A stretch of DNA of 64,000 nt from the human T2T-CHM13v2.0 reference genome, Homo sapiens: the NCBI RefSeq assembly GCF_009914755.1, contig NC_060925.1; one strand, written 5' to 3'. The notes under the pieces were generated by a model. The model ran no database searches. It worked only from the letters and a program-made list of their open reading frames with translations, and was not told where the DNA came from. The position numbers were made by a program, and so were the translations under genes. Below, piece after piece: positions 27,501 through 40,470 of the stretch; position 1 is the stretch's first letter, and every line of letters starts with the position of its first letter.

Positions 27501-28354
27501 TCTTCAAACGGAAAGAGGTCAACATAAACATACCGGTCAAGGATCTGACAGAACAGATTTATTGTGCAAGTTAGATTTTGCTGGAGCATTCTCTCCTTAC
27601 ATTATGCCGTAGGTGCTGGATTTTTTCTTTCTTGAGATATATATATTTTTCTCTCCTGAAAGAATGCAAACATAAAACACATAGGTTATTCCAAGAACTT
27701 TGAGATATGGTATACTAGATAAAAAATTATGAGAATATTCTTCACTGCTAGGAGACCCTACAGTGATAATGAATAAAAATATGTGAAAAGTGAGACATCT
27801 GAGGGCTTAACGGATATATTCAAAAGAAAAATGGAACTCTTGCAAATGCATATTTTTTATAGAGACTTTTTATTTCTAGTTTTTAAAAATGGGGCTGTGT
27901 CCATGCATCAAAAGTCTTATGAAAATGGAAGCATTTTTATATACAGGTCAGGAGAAAATACTGCCCTCATGCCTGTTTCTTTTTTGTTTTTTTGTTTTTT
28001 AAATTCATCACCTAGATGATTCAGGTTAATTATTTCTATGACCTAAATCTTCTAGGAAATGACTTTAATTATCCAGTTAACCTTGTATGTGTAACAGAGT
28101 TTAAGAAAGGCACAAGACCAGAAGAACATATATTTTTTCAAGTGTAAATTAAGTTCGCCTGTTTATTGACATCATGTGGTTAAAAATAAAAGAAAAATGA
28201 TTTCTCAATTTAACTTGAATTAATGGAGGTCCTTGGCTGAAATCAAGGGCTAACATCGTCCAATGACCAGGAGACTGTGGGAGAGCTGACCAAGTATATT
28301 CTGGTTCAGAACTGTCCCTTCTCCTCTGATTGAGCTTTGAGCCCAGCTGAGTGC

Positions 28355-28807
28355 TGGATCAGCTCCCTAGGACAGCTATAACAAAGTACCACAAACTGGG
28401 TGGCTTAAAACAACAACAGAAATTGATTGTTCTACTTCTGGAGGCTAGAAGTCTGGAATACAGGCATTAGCAGGGCCAGGTTTCCTCCAAGAATTTGAGT
28501 ATTTGAGTAGAATCTTTCCTTGCCTCTTCCTAGCCTTGGTGGTGGCCGTCAATCATAGTTGCTTGTTGACTTGTAGTTGCATTACACCAATCTCTGCTTC
28601 AGTCACTACATGGTGTTTTTTCTGTGTGTCTGTGTCTTCACATGGTCATCCTCTTATAATGGCACCGATTGTTTTGAGTTAAGGGCTTACTCTAATTTAT
28701 TGTAACCTCATTTTAATTACATCTGCAACAATACTGTTTCAAAAAATGAGATACTGGAGTTAGAAAATCAACATTATCTTTTTGGGGACCCAATAAAACC
28801 CATAACA
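28355..28807. mobile_element. MLT1B/C-like solo LTR
   Basis: 'ctataacaaagtaccacaaactgggtggcttaaaacaac...ttctggaggctagaagtc...acccataaca'. Confidence 0.8.
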
Positions 28808-28839
28808 AGTACCCTTCTTTATTATCAAGATGCTGGTCT

Positions 28840-29950
28840 GCCCAGCACTGCTGAATTCAACAAAGACCTCTGCATTGACAAATGCAATGGCCATTTTTAT
28901 TCTCCTTAATGCCCTACTTCTTGATGGCATTCATGGTGTACTGCTAAGTACACCTACCAACCTGAAATTCTCTCCTCCCTTTGCTGCTTGGCAATGTTCC
29001 TATGAAGTAGAACTGATAATTATCTAAATGATAAGGCATTTTTGGCTGTCAAATGACTACCTCCTATCCCTACGTTATGTCAAGGCATATCTGATGGGAC
29101 AAACCCATGTTACTCTTTTACTTCCCCATTTTGGTATTTTGTGGTCTTATCTGTGTTTTGCAGGGTATTAATTTTTCATTTTTTGAGTAGACTTTCCTGA
29201 GGTGACATTATCCACTTCTATGCCTTGAATTATCACTTGTACGCTAATGATTGCCTCATTCATGTGTCTAAGATCTTACATCTCAGCTGCGTGCTTAAAG
29301 TTTCCATGTGGATGTACCCCAGGTACCTTACATTTTTCATGTCTGCCTCTGAGCATGTGTTTCCTTCACAGGCAGAATTTTAGGTATCACTTTAGAATTC
29401 TATTTATCTTGTCCATATTCACTTGATTATTAGTTTTCATCCATTCAATTTTTTTAAACAACTCTTGTCTAAACCCTGCTAAACATGTCCAATTACTGCC
29501 TCAGTTTAAAGCCTGCTTCTTTCCTGGACAGAGGTTCTTCTATTCACAGACATATCCCACTTGTAATCAATCTTCTGCACAATGTCTAGGGTGATATTTA
29601 AAAACTGCGTTTCTAAACACATCTCTTTCTTGCTTAAAATACATCATCAACATAGTTTATTGATGCATTTTTAACCTCATAGTTTGAAGCCTTTGCCTAC
29701 TGCTCTGGCCAAGTCCCTTGCACTGCTCCAGCCATGATGACTGTGTGCTGTTCCCTGGATGCAGAATACTATTTTATGCTCTTATGCCTGTGCTTCTGAA
29801 ATGTGCTCTGCTATGAAAAAACTTCCACTATATTTCATCCTGCTAATATATGAAACTTTAATTCTTTTTAAGTGGTGTTTTCTCAAGAAAATATTCATAA
29901 CTGAAAGAGACCCTCTAGACTATATTCCAATGGAACACTTCTCTAAGAAC
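28840..29950 (+). mobile_element. Degraded L2 LINE fragments
   Basis: 'tatcacttgtacgctaatgattgcc' (degenerate RT YADD-like region) and 'tttccatgtggatgtaccccagg'. Confidence 0.55.
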
Positions 29951-31914
29951 CTGAATTATTCGAATTGAACTTAATTTTGGTTTTGTTAGTCAACATAAAG
30001 ATAAACATTCTCTTTCTGACCATTGCACAATTGATTGGAAAACTCAGTTGCATTAATATAGTTCTTCAGTCCTATTATGATTACAAAATTACTGTGAAAC
30101 AAATACACATGTGGAGGTGAATTAAAGCAGTCCTAGTATTAAGCTGGATTGATGACTGTTCAACCAGCCTTCCTATTGAGTAGCTATTAAAGCTATTTGG
30201 CCTCAAAAATTATTACTTACTCAGAGACAGTTTCATTTCAAATGGAAAAGTGATGTACTGAATTGTAAACAATGGAGTTGATGGAGGCTGTCTGTGAACT
30301 GAACTGAAAATCACCTAATCAATCACAAATTTTTGGCTGTCATTAATGACTGAATTACCTGGGTGAACAATACCGCGGTGAAAAAGAACTTGGTTAGGTG
30401 GACTGTCTGACCTCTATGCCATCAATTGTATAACCATCTGATTGATTACTCTGTGACTGGCCTAAACTATCTGGAAAACTATCAATTTTCTGTCATGTCT
30501 AATGCTGTCCATACTATAATGCAGGCTATTGCTAAGACTGCATTATATTTAATTCTCCATTACTGGTGAGGAAGGTCACTGTAACTGGTGATACATGAAG
30601 CCCTTTCTCATCATGTGAATAGGGGGATTCAGATTTAAACAGTGCCTTAAAAAAAAAGGACTCATTTAATTTAATCAGAGTATCTGCAGTTAAGTGGTAG
30701 TAGTTCTCTTAAGTAGTACTTGAAAAACTTGTTCTTATCATTTTAGTATATCCATTGCTTACTCTTTATCATGATTTTGAAAATATCAGATGTTTTGACA
30801 CCTGCATAATTTGACTTTTAAAATTGTATTCTTCTGATACATTCTAGAAAATAAGTGTTAATTTAAAAATGAACAAAGTTGCTGTAACTACAGAGTGGGT
30901 CATACAGTAAGAATCATGGAGTGCATGGCATGTGCAAGCTACAGCATCTCTAAAAATAGTAACTGGTCCATTGATAATTAATAGAGTGACTATAAAATAC
31001 TTACTAAAACAGCTTTAGCTATTTGACATCCTAAAGTATACATTTACACATTTGTTTTAACAGTGGGAACCCAAACATTGGACACAGGCTAAGAAAAAGG
31101 CTAATAATAGTCAAGTGCTTTGGTTGACAGATCACTAAAACTAATTTATTCTCACGGGTTGTAAATGAAATATTTAAGATTCACTGGAAATTAACTTACA
31201 TAATCCTGAAGTCAGGATTTCTTGCAGAGTATGTTAGTAGTAGCAATTCCTTTCAGAAACTCTTTGTGGTTGGAATTTATAACACTTAAGGCGTATGGGT
31301 ATTTCATCTGCCGTAATCTTCAATTTGTGATGCCAACCATCGATTGTACTAACAGTATATTTCAAAAGAGATCTTCGAGACATAGATTTAAAGAAGATCT
31401 GATTACTCTAGGTAAAGCAAACTTACAGGAAAAAGCAGATTTTTGTATTTAAAACTAAGCAGTTATAGAAACCAAAATTTCAAAAATTTTATAGCAAGTG
31501 ATGGATGCAACCAAAATAAAGTTCACTTGAATTATAAGAATTAAAGGGGCAGTTCTGAAAAATTGTGAAACTATTTGAAATCATTGCTTTAGAATTCAGT
31601 AAACTTAGATTCATTTTTATTTTTTGACTCATGATGACTATATTTTAAAGTTATATCAGTAACACTTTAGAACCAGATTTTCATTCAGGCATGTTTTTGT
31701 ATTTTTTCATCTCAGGTATTGCTTAAGAATTCTGTTTGCCTGGGTTAACTGTGTTGTTATTATTAGTTTTACATCTACTAGAAACACATGAATTCAGGAA
31801 TCTATTTAGGATGTAAATTAACAAAAGGAACAGAAGCCCTTACATGTAGTAAACTTTCTTACTTTAAATTATTTTAACAAATCCAGCAGTTTTACACCTC
31901 TCTCTCTATGTATA

Positions 31915-32410
31915 TTATATACCCCCCAAAAATGCATACATATGAATATCAGAAATTTGTGTAAGAATAAAGATAATGTCATTATTAACTCTAAATTGAA
32001 TATGACCCAAATGTCCCTCAAAAATTACATGGATCAATAAATTGTGGCATGTTCATATAAGAATGTGGAAGAATACTTCACACACACAATGAAAATAAAC
32101 AAGCTAAAGTTACAAGCAACAACATGGAAGAATCTTACATGTACTTTTGGGCAAAAGAAGCCTAACAATGTAATACATGTTGTATACTTCCGTATGTATG
32201 AAGTTTCCGTTACGTTAAGCATCAGAAGTTACCATAGATCGCTTTAGGGAAGAAGAAAGGGGTATTGATCTGGAAGAGACACAGTGGAGGTTCCTGGGAG
32301 GCATTCTTTCTTCATCTGGGTTGTTGTTACATACACTTATTCACTTTGTGATAACTTCTGAATGATGTATATAGTTTTCTGTATGCACATTATGCTTTAA
32401 TAATGTTTTT
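31915..32410 (+). mobile_element. Old L1M (L1ME-like) 3' fragment
   Basis: 'acccaaatgtccctca...aaattgtggcatgttcatataagaa...caacatggaagaatcttaca'. Confidence 0.65.
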
Positions 32411-32417
32411 AAAATTA

Positions 32418-33140
32418 GGTTACCCCAGTTATAATGGCAGTTACTAAAAAGTCGCAAATAACAGATGTTGGCAAAGATGTGGAGAAAAAGGAATTCTTAT
32501 ATACTGCTGGTGGGAATGTAAATTAGCACAGCCTCTGTGGAACAGAGAGAACTTTTTTTAGTTCTCAAAGAACTAAAAATAGGATTACCATTTGATCCAG
32601 CAATCCCACTACTGGATATCTACCCAAATGAAAATAAAATGTTACGTCAAAAAGACGCCTGCACTCGTATGTTTATTACAACATTATTCACAATAACAAA
32701 GATATGGAATCAATCTAAGTGTCTATCAATGGATGATTAGATAAAGAAAATGTGGTATGCATACACAATGGAGTACTGTTAAGCTATAAAGAGGAATTAA
32801 ATCATGTCTTTTGCAGTAGTAACAATGATGGAACGGGAGGCCATTCTCTTAAGTGAAACCGGTCAGACACAGAGAGACAAGCATTGCATGTTCTCACTCA
32901 TTAGTGGGAGCTAAATACTGTGTACACATGGAAGTGTAGAGTATGGAATGATAGACAATGGAGACTTAGGTGACAGGGTGGGAAGGGGGTGGATGGTGAG
33001 AAATTACTTAATGGGTACAATGTACGTTATTTGGGTGATGGATACCCTAAAAGCCCTCACTTCACCACTGTGCAATCTATGCATGTGACATCATTGTGCC
33101 TGTACCTCATAAATTTATACTAGAAGTAAGTAAATAAATT
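32418..33140 (+). mobile_element. L1PB/L1MA 3' fragment (ORF2 C-terminus plus 3' UTR)
   Basis: Translates to [14 protein letters not shown]...CTRMFIT. 3' UTR 'gggtacaatgtacgttatttgggtgatggataccctaaaagccc'. Confidence 0.85.
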
Positions 33141-33202
33141 TAATTGTTTTTGTTAAAAGAGATACTTGAAAACTATCACCTTAATCTGGAAGAAAAAGCA
33201 AT

Positions 33203-34465
33203 TTTTTTTATTATACTTTAAGTTCTAGGGTACATGTGCACAACGTGCAGGTTTGTTACATATGTGTACATGTGCCATGTTGGTGTGCTGCACCCATTAA
33301 CTCTTCATTTACATTAGGTATATCTCCTAATGCTATCCCTCCTCCCTACCCCCACCCCATGACCGGCCCTTGTGTGTGATGTTCCCCTTCCTGTGTCCAA
33401 GTGTTCTCTTGTTCAATTCCCACCTATGAGTGAGAACATGGGGTGTCTGTGTCCAAGTGTTCTCATTGTTCAATTCCCACCTATGAGTGAGAACATGCGG
33501 TGTTTGGTTTTCTGTCCTAGGGACAGTTTACTGAGAATGATGATTTCCAGCTTCATCCATGTTCCTACAAAGAACATGAACTGATCCTTTTTTATGGTTG
33601 CATAGTATTCCATGGTATATATGTGCCACATTTTCTTAATCCAGTCTATCATTGATGGACAGTTGGGTTGGTTCCAAGTCTTTGCTATTGTGAATAGTGC
33701 TGCAATAAATAACAGGCTAGCCATATGTAGAAAGCTGAAACTGGATCCCTTCCTTACACCTTATACAAAAATTAATTCAAGATGGATTAAAGACTTAAAT
33801 GTTAGACCTAAAATCATAAAAACCCTAGAAGAAAACCTAGGCGATACCATTCAGGACATAGGCATGGGCAAGGACTTCATGTGTAAAACACTAAAAGCAA
33901 TGGCAACAAAAGCCAAAATTGACAAATGGGATCTAATTAAAGTAAAGAGCTTCTGCACAGCAAAAGAAACTACCATCAGAGTGAACAGGCAACCTACAGA
34001 ATGGGAGAAAATTGTTGCAATCTACTCATCTGACAAAGGGCTAATATCCAGAATCTACAATGAACTCAAACAAACTTACAAGAAAAAAACAACCCCATCA
34101 AAAAGTGGGCAAAGGATATGAACAGACACTTCTCAAAAGAAGACATTTATGCAGCCAAAAGATACATGAAAAAATGCTCATCATCACTCACTATCAGAGA
34201 AATGCAAATCAAAACCACAATGAGATACCATCTCACACCAGTTAGAATGGCAATCATTAAAAAGTCAGGAAACAACAGGTGCTGGAGAGGATGTGGAGAA
34301 ATAGGAACACTTTTACACTGTTGGTGGGAATGTAGACTAGTTCAACCATTGTGGAAGATAGTGTGGCGATTCCTCAGGGATCTAGAACTAGAAATACCAT
34401 TTGACCCAGCCATCCCATTACTGGGTATATACCCAAAGGATTATAAATCATGCTGCTATAAAGAC
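33203..34465 (-). mobile_element. L1PA (about PA5-6) insertion with 5' inversion (twin priming)
   Basis: 33203-33709 is the L1 3' end on the minus strand; 33711-34465 is ORF2 sequence on the plus strand. TSD AAAAAGCAAT at 33193-33202 and 34466-34475. Confidence 0.93.
33711..34465 (+). pseudogene. Frameshifted L1 ORF2 C-terminal fragment (inverted segment)
   Basis: ORFs 33612-34121 and 34118-34483 give [18 protein letters not shown]... and [10 protein letters not shown]...[18 protein letters not shown], broken at the A-run near 34085. Confidence 0.85.
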
Positions 34466-37107
34466 AAAAAGCAATATTTTTAACAAGACAGGCAATGTGT
34501 CAGTTTTAAGTAGGTTCCTATCATTTATGATAATAATGCTTCTGAAAGAAGAACTATAAAAGATGATGAAACATGTAATTCAGTATGGTGTAGTGATAAC
34601 AATTAGTGATTTTTAGTCAAATGATTGGAGTTCTAGCACTATGACTGTGATCCTTAATTTTCATGTGCATAAGTTGGTATATACCAATTTTATGTACTTA
34701 ATTTTGTATACTTATACTTTTTTATTTATGTGTATAAAAGTAGTTTGAAGTACCAAATCAAAAATATCACCTTTTATCAATACTGTTGATATATATATTC
34801 AACATAGACATTTTCATTTGTGCCTACATAAGATTAGACAATTGACTGGAAAAAATAATTCAGCCATATCAAGGATATGAAGGATAACATATCAAGTGAA
34901 TTATTAAAATCCAGATAATCAATGCTATTATCAATTTTTTAATGTGTCAGTTATGTGGTTTTTTAACAGAAGGAATGAGTATCTGATATGATCTTTCTAG
35001 TTCATAGACTATAATATTTTGGAAATGAAAACAATCTTAGATATTATCTCAAGCTCCGTATTTTACCATAAACTTGATACTCAATACTTGTTAGATGAAT
35101 TACTGTAAGTAAACTGTTTATAGACAACAATAAGTAGTACAAAATATGATTCTATGTCTCAAGTTTCTCAAACACATGCAGTTCTTTGCTTAATTGCAAA
35201 TCTTAAAAGTTTTTGTTTATAACTTTGTAAACTGAGTAATAAAAAATTTCACTTTATCAGAGAGGGAAAAAAGCAGCTTCTTAAATTACTGTACTTAAAT
35301 TTTATTAATGAATAGACTCCAGATTTATGGAATTCTGTTTTTATTTTAAATTCTTCTGGAATATGATTGATTTCACTTATATTCTTTAGGAAATCTTAAT
35401 GGAACAGCATTGTGAAATGCTTTCAACGGTCATAGATTTCGGTTGTAAAAAACTTCCTTTATTTCACTCTGAATTGCTGTTGTTTTGACAACAGATGGTT
35501 TTTCTCTTTAAATGTTGGAATGCTTTTTCATTCTACCAGTTCAATTAATTTTAATGGTACCTTTAAGGGCTTGTGGTACAGTATCTGTGCTAAGAAACTG
35601 TACAATTGTAAATAACGCAGACGCCTTTCCCTTAAGCATTTACAGCTTTCAGCAGTTAAACTTTTGAGAGTCTATTTGAGGAACTGGACTGGGTATATGG
35701 CAGGTCAGAGATGGAGGTGGATATTGGTAGGGAAAACAATTATTAGCTGCTGATATTGTGGGTAGCTGAAATCAAAGGCAAAGCTCAAGGCAGGCAGAGA
35801 GGTAAAAATCAGGAGAGGAAATCTGGTTTCTGAAAGAGGGAAATGGAGAAATCAAGTCCTCCCCAAACAAAAGTGAAAGAAACATTGCAGTGGTATTTGG
35901 AAGACCTACTATAGATTTGTGACCTCGGAATCCAAGGTTCAATTCGGCAATGACAGTGGGGATGAATGTCTTCAGTAAGTCCCGCTGACTGGTCAAAAAG
36001 ACCAATATTGTTCTTGCTTTTCCTTTGAGAAACTGATCCTTGGGTGACAAGATTTCATGTTCAATATTTACTGAATAACAAAAAATTCATTCCTCTGACT
36101 CCCCATTTCTATCCTGCAGCCAGGGACTAATTTAAGTTGTGCTTTATAGAATTGAAAAATGCTTGGAAAGGTACACTCCTTAAAAAGGAAAAAAAAAATT
36201 AGATCCTAAAGCTTTCCATTGTAGGCTGATCAAGTTCATGAGCATTATTTTTGGACAGAATAGAAGTTGGTTGGGTTACATCTTTTTCTTCTCTCCTAGG
36301 GAATATATTTTTAAGCTTTAGAGTTTCTATTTAGTAATGTGATGACCCAATGATAGTGGTTTGTTAACCAAATTAAGGGGTTTTCTTTCAATAAAATTTA
36401 GTGAAATTCTTTTATGCTAGGCACTTTTCTAGGTGCTACATGACTATAAAATCTTCAATATATTGACAATGATGGGTTTTGTTGATATGCCTAGGACATT
36501 TATTGTTTAAATTGAAGTATATAGAATTTTAAAAAATCCTTAAAATGCTATTTGTATCTGAAGGAGCAGGCTAAAATGTTTCCATTGACAATGTTCAAAA
36601 ACCTAGCTATGTTCTGTTTTTTGTGTTTGTGCAAATTTGGGTGGGAAATATTTGGTAAGTTTTTTTTTAGAGCAACATTTATTCATTCACTCTTTCACTT
36701 AACTAGTATTTATTCATTACTTGTGATGTCTGTTGCATTATGCATTGATTACGCAAATGTTAATAAGACATCCTTATCTTGACTCACAAGAAGTTTACAT
36801 GCCAATCTGCATTTTGATATATAAGATTCCTCAACCAAAACTAGAAAGTAATGATGCCTTGTAGTCAGCTCATAAAAACATTGAAAATTGCCAATTGTCA
36901 CTTCATGGTGACAGTCATCGGGTATATAGTTCTTGTTCCAGAGATGTTAAATTTAATAAGATCGTGTGTACCTGTGTGTCTGTGTGAGTGACAGGGAGTA
37001 AGAGGTGAAGGAGAAGTTTTAAACTTTATTAGTAATGAAAAAATTTACTTTTCATGAAAAATAAAAACAGCACAGTTATTTTCTTTTTTCAAAATGCGGA
37101 CTTACAG

Positions 37108-38390
37108 CAATGATATGCTAGAGATGGCTTATACTAGGTCATGAAAGTTGGCTTGTGCCGCTGGCAGGAGATGATTATTGTTTTCAGGAATTTTATGATC
37201 TGGTTAAATATAGTCATTATTAAAAGTTAATAAACTTACAATTAAATAAATTTAAGAAAAGTAATAGATTCAAAATAGATCACCTCCTAATTATTTTACT
37301 ATGTTTTGCTCTTCTCTATGCTCTTGAGTTTATTTACATGTATCTGTATAAAGGAGAAACTATATCATAGTGTTCTGCACATCTCTTTGCAACACTGCAT
37401 TCAGTGACATCAGTTTGATAGCTTGAAATCCACCTTGGGAGTATTTACACTTCAAAAATAGACAAGCACTGCATTTATGTACCCACTTTGAAACTTCAAA
37501 AGGCAGTCATCAGAATGACTATTATTTATAAAAAAGATAAGTCTTGGAGAGGGGTTGGAGAAAAGGGAACCCTTGTACACAGTGGGTAGAAATGTAAATT
37601 GACATAGCCATTATGGAAAAAACTATGGAAGTTCCATAAAAAATTAAAAATAGAACTACCCTATGATCTAACAATCCCACTCTGTATACATAACTAAGGA
37701 AAATAAAATCAGTACCCCAAAGAGAGATCTGCACTCCCATGTTCATTGTAGCGTTATTCACAGTAGCCAAGATCTAGAAACAACCTAAGTGTTTGCCAGT
37801 GGATGAATACATAAAGAAAATGTGGTGTATATACACAATGGAGCATTAGCCTATAAAAAGAAGGAAATCCAGTCACTTACAACAACATGAGTGGAGCCAA
37901 ACGGCATTATGTTAAGTGAAATAAGCCAGATACAGCAAGACAAATACTGCATGATCTCACTTATACATGTAATCTAAAAAAGTTGAACTCATGGAAGCAG
38001 AGAGTAGAATGGTGGTTGCCAGGGGCTGAGGTTTTTGGGAATGGGAGATGTTGGTCAAAGGATACAAAGTTTCAGCTATGCAGGATGAATAAGTTCTGAG
38101 ACCTAATGTACAGCATGCTGACTGGAGTTATTACTGTATTGTGTAGTTAAAATTTGCTGAAAGTAAATCTTAAATGTTCTTGCTATACGTACATATATAT
38201 ACCCAAAATAGTATGTTTGTGAGGTGATAGATATGCTAATTAGCTTGATCCCAATGATTACTTTACACCTATGTATATATGTAAACATCAAGCCGTGTAC
38301 CTTAAGTATGTAGAATTTTAAATTTTAAATTATACCTCAATAAACCTGGGGAAATAACGCAGTTATTAAATGTTTACCAGCACACCACTT
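37108..38390. mobile_element. MER63-like hAT (Blackjack) element split by an L1M insertion
   Basis: 'tgcacatctctttgcaacactgcattcagtgacatcagtttgatagcttgaaatc' left of the L1; terminal 'cagttattaaatgtttaccagcacaccact' right of it. Confidence 0.7.
37503..38356 (+). mobile_element. L1MA/L1MB 3' fragment
   Basis: 'gaactaccctatgatctaacaatcccac', 'gacaaatactgcatgatctcacttata', ending 'tatacctcaataaacctgggg'. Confidence 0.85.
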
Positions 38391-39249
38391 ACTCATATGG
38401 AAGGCTTACCCTCTGTTTTTGTTTCAAAGGGTAGAATCACAACCTCATTAACATTCATTTTCTTTAGTCCAAATTTGTCTCTTCTCACCTTGTTGGGCTT
38501 GAGTGAAGCAGATGGCAAATCTGTGAACTAATTAATCACTGCTCTTGAGGTTATATATTGTGTTTAAGAGAGCTAATGTAGGACACAGATTAGACTAACA
38601 TTTCCCAGATTAAGCCACAAACATACAGAATTTACCTTGATAAAGCCATAGCAATGGAGAGAGCAAGTGAACCCAGAATAAAACGGACATAAAAAAGCTT
38701 GTTTATTGCCTTGTCAGTGGTGAAACTCCTTGTAAAGACATGGATTAAATGAATATTCATCATAGATAAATATTCATTCAGTGATTGAGCTGGTGCTTTG
38801 TCATGATGAGAGCAAGTTAGGAGTCCATCAATAAATTAGCATTTGGGGGACAAATATTTATCTCTAACAATTATGTTATAATGGCTCCAAAGTACAGTAC
38901 ATGAGAGCAAACGTATGGTGATGTTAAGATGCTTTTAGATATATTTCAGCTAAGTGTCATGTATTATTTTTATGTTACATATACTAAACTCTTTGTCATT
39001 GTTACTTCACGTTTATTGGGCTGTAATGATTTTTTTTTTTTTTTTCATTGAGGAAACCTAGAAGACTAAGTGAGCTTAGAATCTTGATGGAAAATTATAT
39101 ATAAAATAAACGTGAAAAAAGGATAAAATGATATTTAAGAAGAAAAAGCATTTTTGTAAAAGATTGTAAGTCGGTGAGAAATGTTTTTTATAGGATTAAT
39201 ATTTAGCTTGGTTCTGCGTAAAACTGTGTATAAATTTATCTAACTACAT

Positions 39250-39435
39250 CAGAGACTGGCAGTATTTCTATTAAGGGCCAGATAGTAAATATTTTAGGCC
39301 TTCTAGGTCATAGAGTCTCTGTTGCAGTGTTTCAACTTTGGCACTGTTGTTGGGCAGAAGCAAGCAGAGACAATATATAAATGGAGTGGCTGTGTTCCCA
39401 TGAACTACCAGGATTGTAGTGTGCCATGCTTGATC
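39250..39435. mobile_element. MER58A-like hAT MITE
   Basis: 'aagggccagatagtaaatattttaggc' hallmark. Confidence 0.75.
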
Positions 39436-40021
39436 TGTAGCAATAGAGATTTGGTGATCACTCCAGTTACTTTTCTCAAAACAGAAGTTCTCCTTTAGCA
39501 CCTGAATTGTTTTACCAGAAGTTTTATTTTGATCATATTATTTGGGAAATTCCCAAACTTTACTCTGTTTGCACTATGGAGATCAACTGTGGCAAAGAAA
39601 TAAGGGTGCATCTTCACTATCAGATGGGGACTGAGATAACTATCTAGATATTTTAAACTCCAAAATATTTCCTCAACTCTCTGCATGTACTATGTGAAAA
39701 TATTGTTTATCTGGATATGCTCAAGCTGTTCATGTAGTTTTCGTATTTAGCAGTGTAATGTCAAATTTGTTAGTTATAAGGTAACTATTAGATTTCTTGG
39801 TTAGGAAATTTGACTGCATTGGCTTAAGGACCTTTCTTTTTAAACATGAAATTCTAACAGAAAGTAAGATAAAAGTTTGGAAACCGAGGCCAAAATAATT
39901 AACCCATACCAGGACACATGGTTCCTATGTGAAACTGTACTGACAACAAGCAAACATAACTTAGCCACTAACTCCTGGACGATCACAACGTGAATCAACT
40001 AAAGTAGCTTACTTATCAAGA

Positions 40022-40470
40022 GTGATGGTTAATTTTATGGATGAACTTGACTGAACCACAGGGTTCCCAGGTATTTTTTCAAGCATTATTCTTGGTGTTT
40101 CTGAGACTTTTTTGATGAGATTAACATTTACAGACTGAGTAAAGTAGATTGCCCTGTCATATAGGTGGGCCTAATCCAGTCAGCTGAAGGCAGGAAGAGA
40201 ACAAAAGGCTGCCCCGCCCAGGAGTAAGGGAGAACTTTTCCTGCCTGGAGGCTTTCAAATTAGGATATCTATTGTTTTGCCAGACTTCTGACTCAACAGA
40301 AATGCCAGCTCCTCCTGGGTCTCAAGGCTACTGGCCTTTGAACTGGAACTGTTCTGTACTCAGACTGGAACTAAACCATTAGCTCTTCTGGGTCTCCAGC
40401 TTGCTGACTCACCTTGTGGATCTCAGGACGTGCCAGCCTCCATAATTTAATCCTTATAATAAATTTATTT
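40022..40470. mobile_element. MLT2 (ERVL) LTR, followed by an AT-rich low-complexity tract to ~40604
   Basis: 'gtgatggttaattttatg...gactgagtaaagtagattgccc...tctgggtctccagcttgc...cagcctccataat'. Confidence 0.8.

Noticed and set aside
27215-27589. 124-aa minus-strand ORF in unique sequence
   Set aside because: No recognisable motif, and its composition fits AT-rich noncoding DNA. One ORF of this length in 64 kb is unremarkable.
33612-34121. 169-aa chimeric ORF as a novel gene
   Set aside because: It is a by-product of the L1 inversion junction, with no sign of a promoter or expression.
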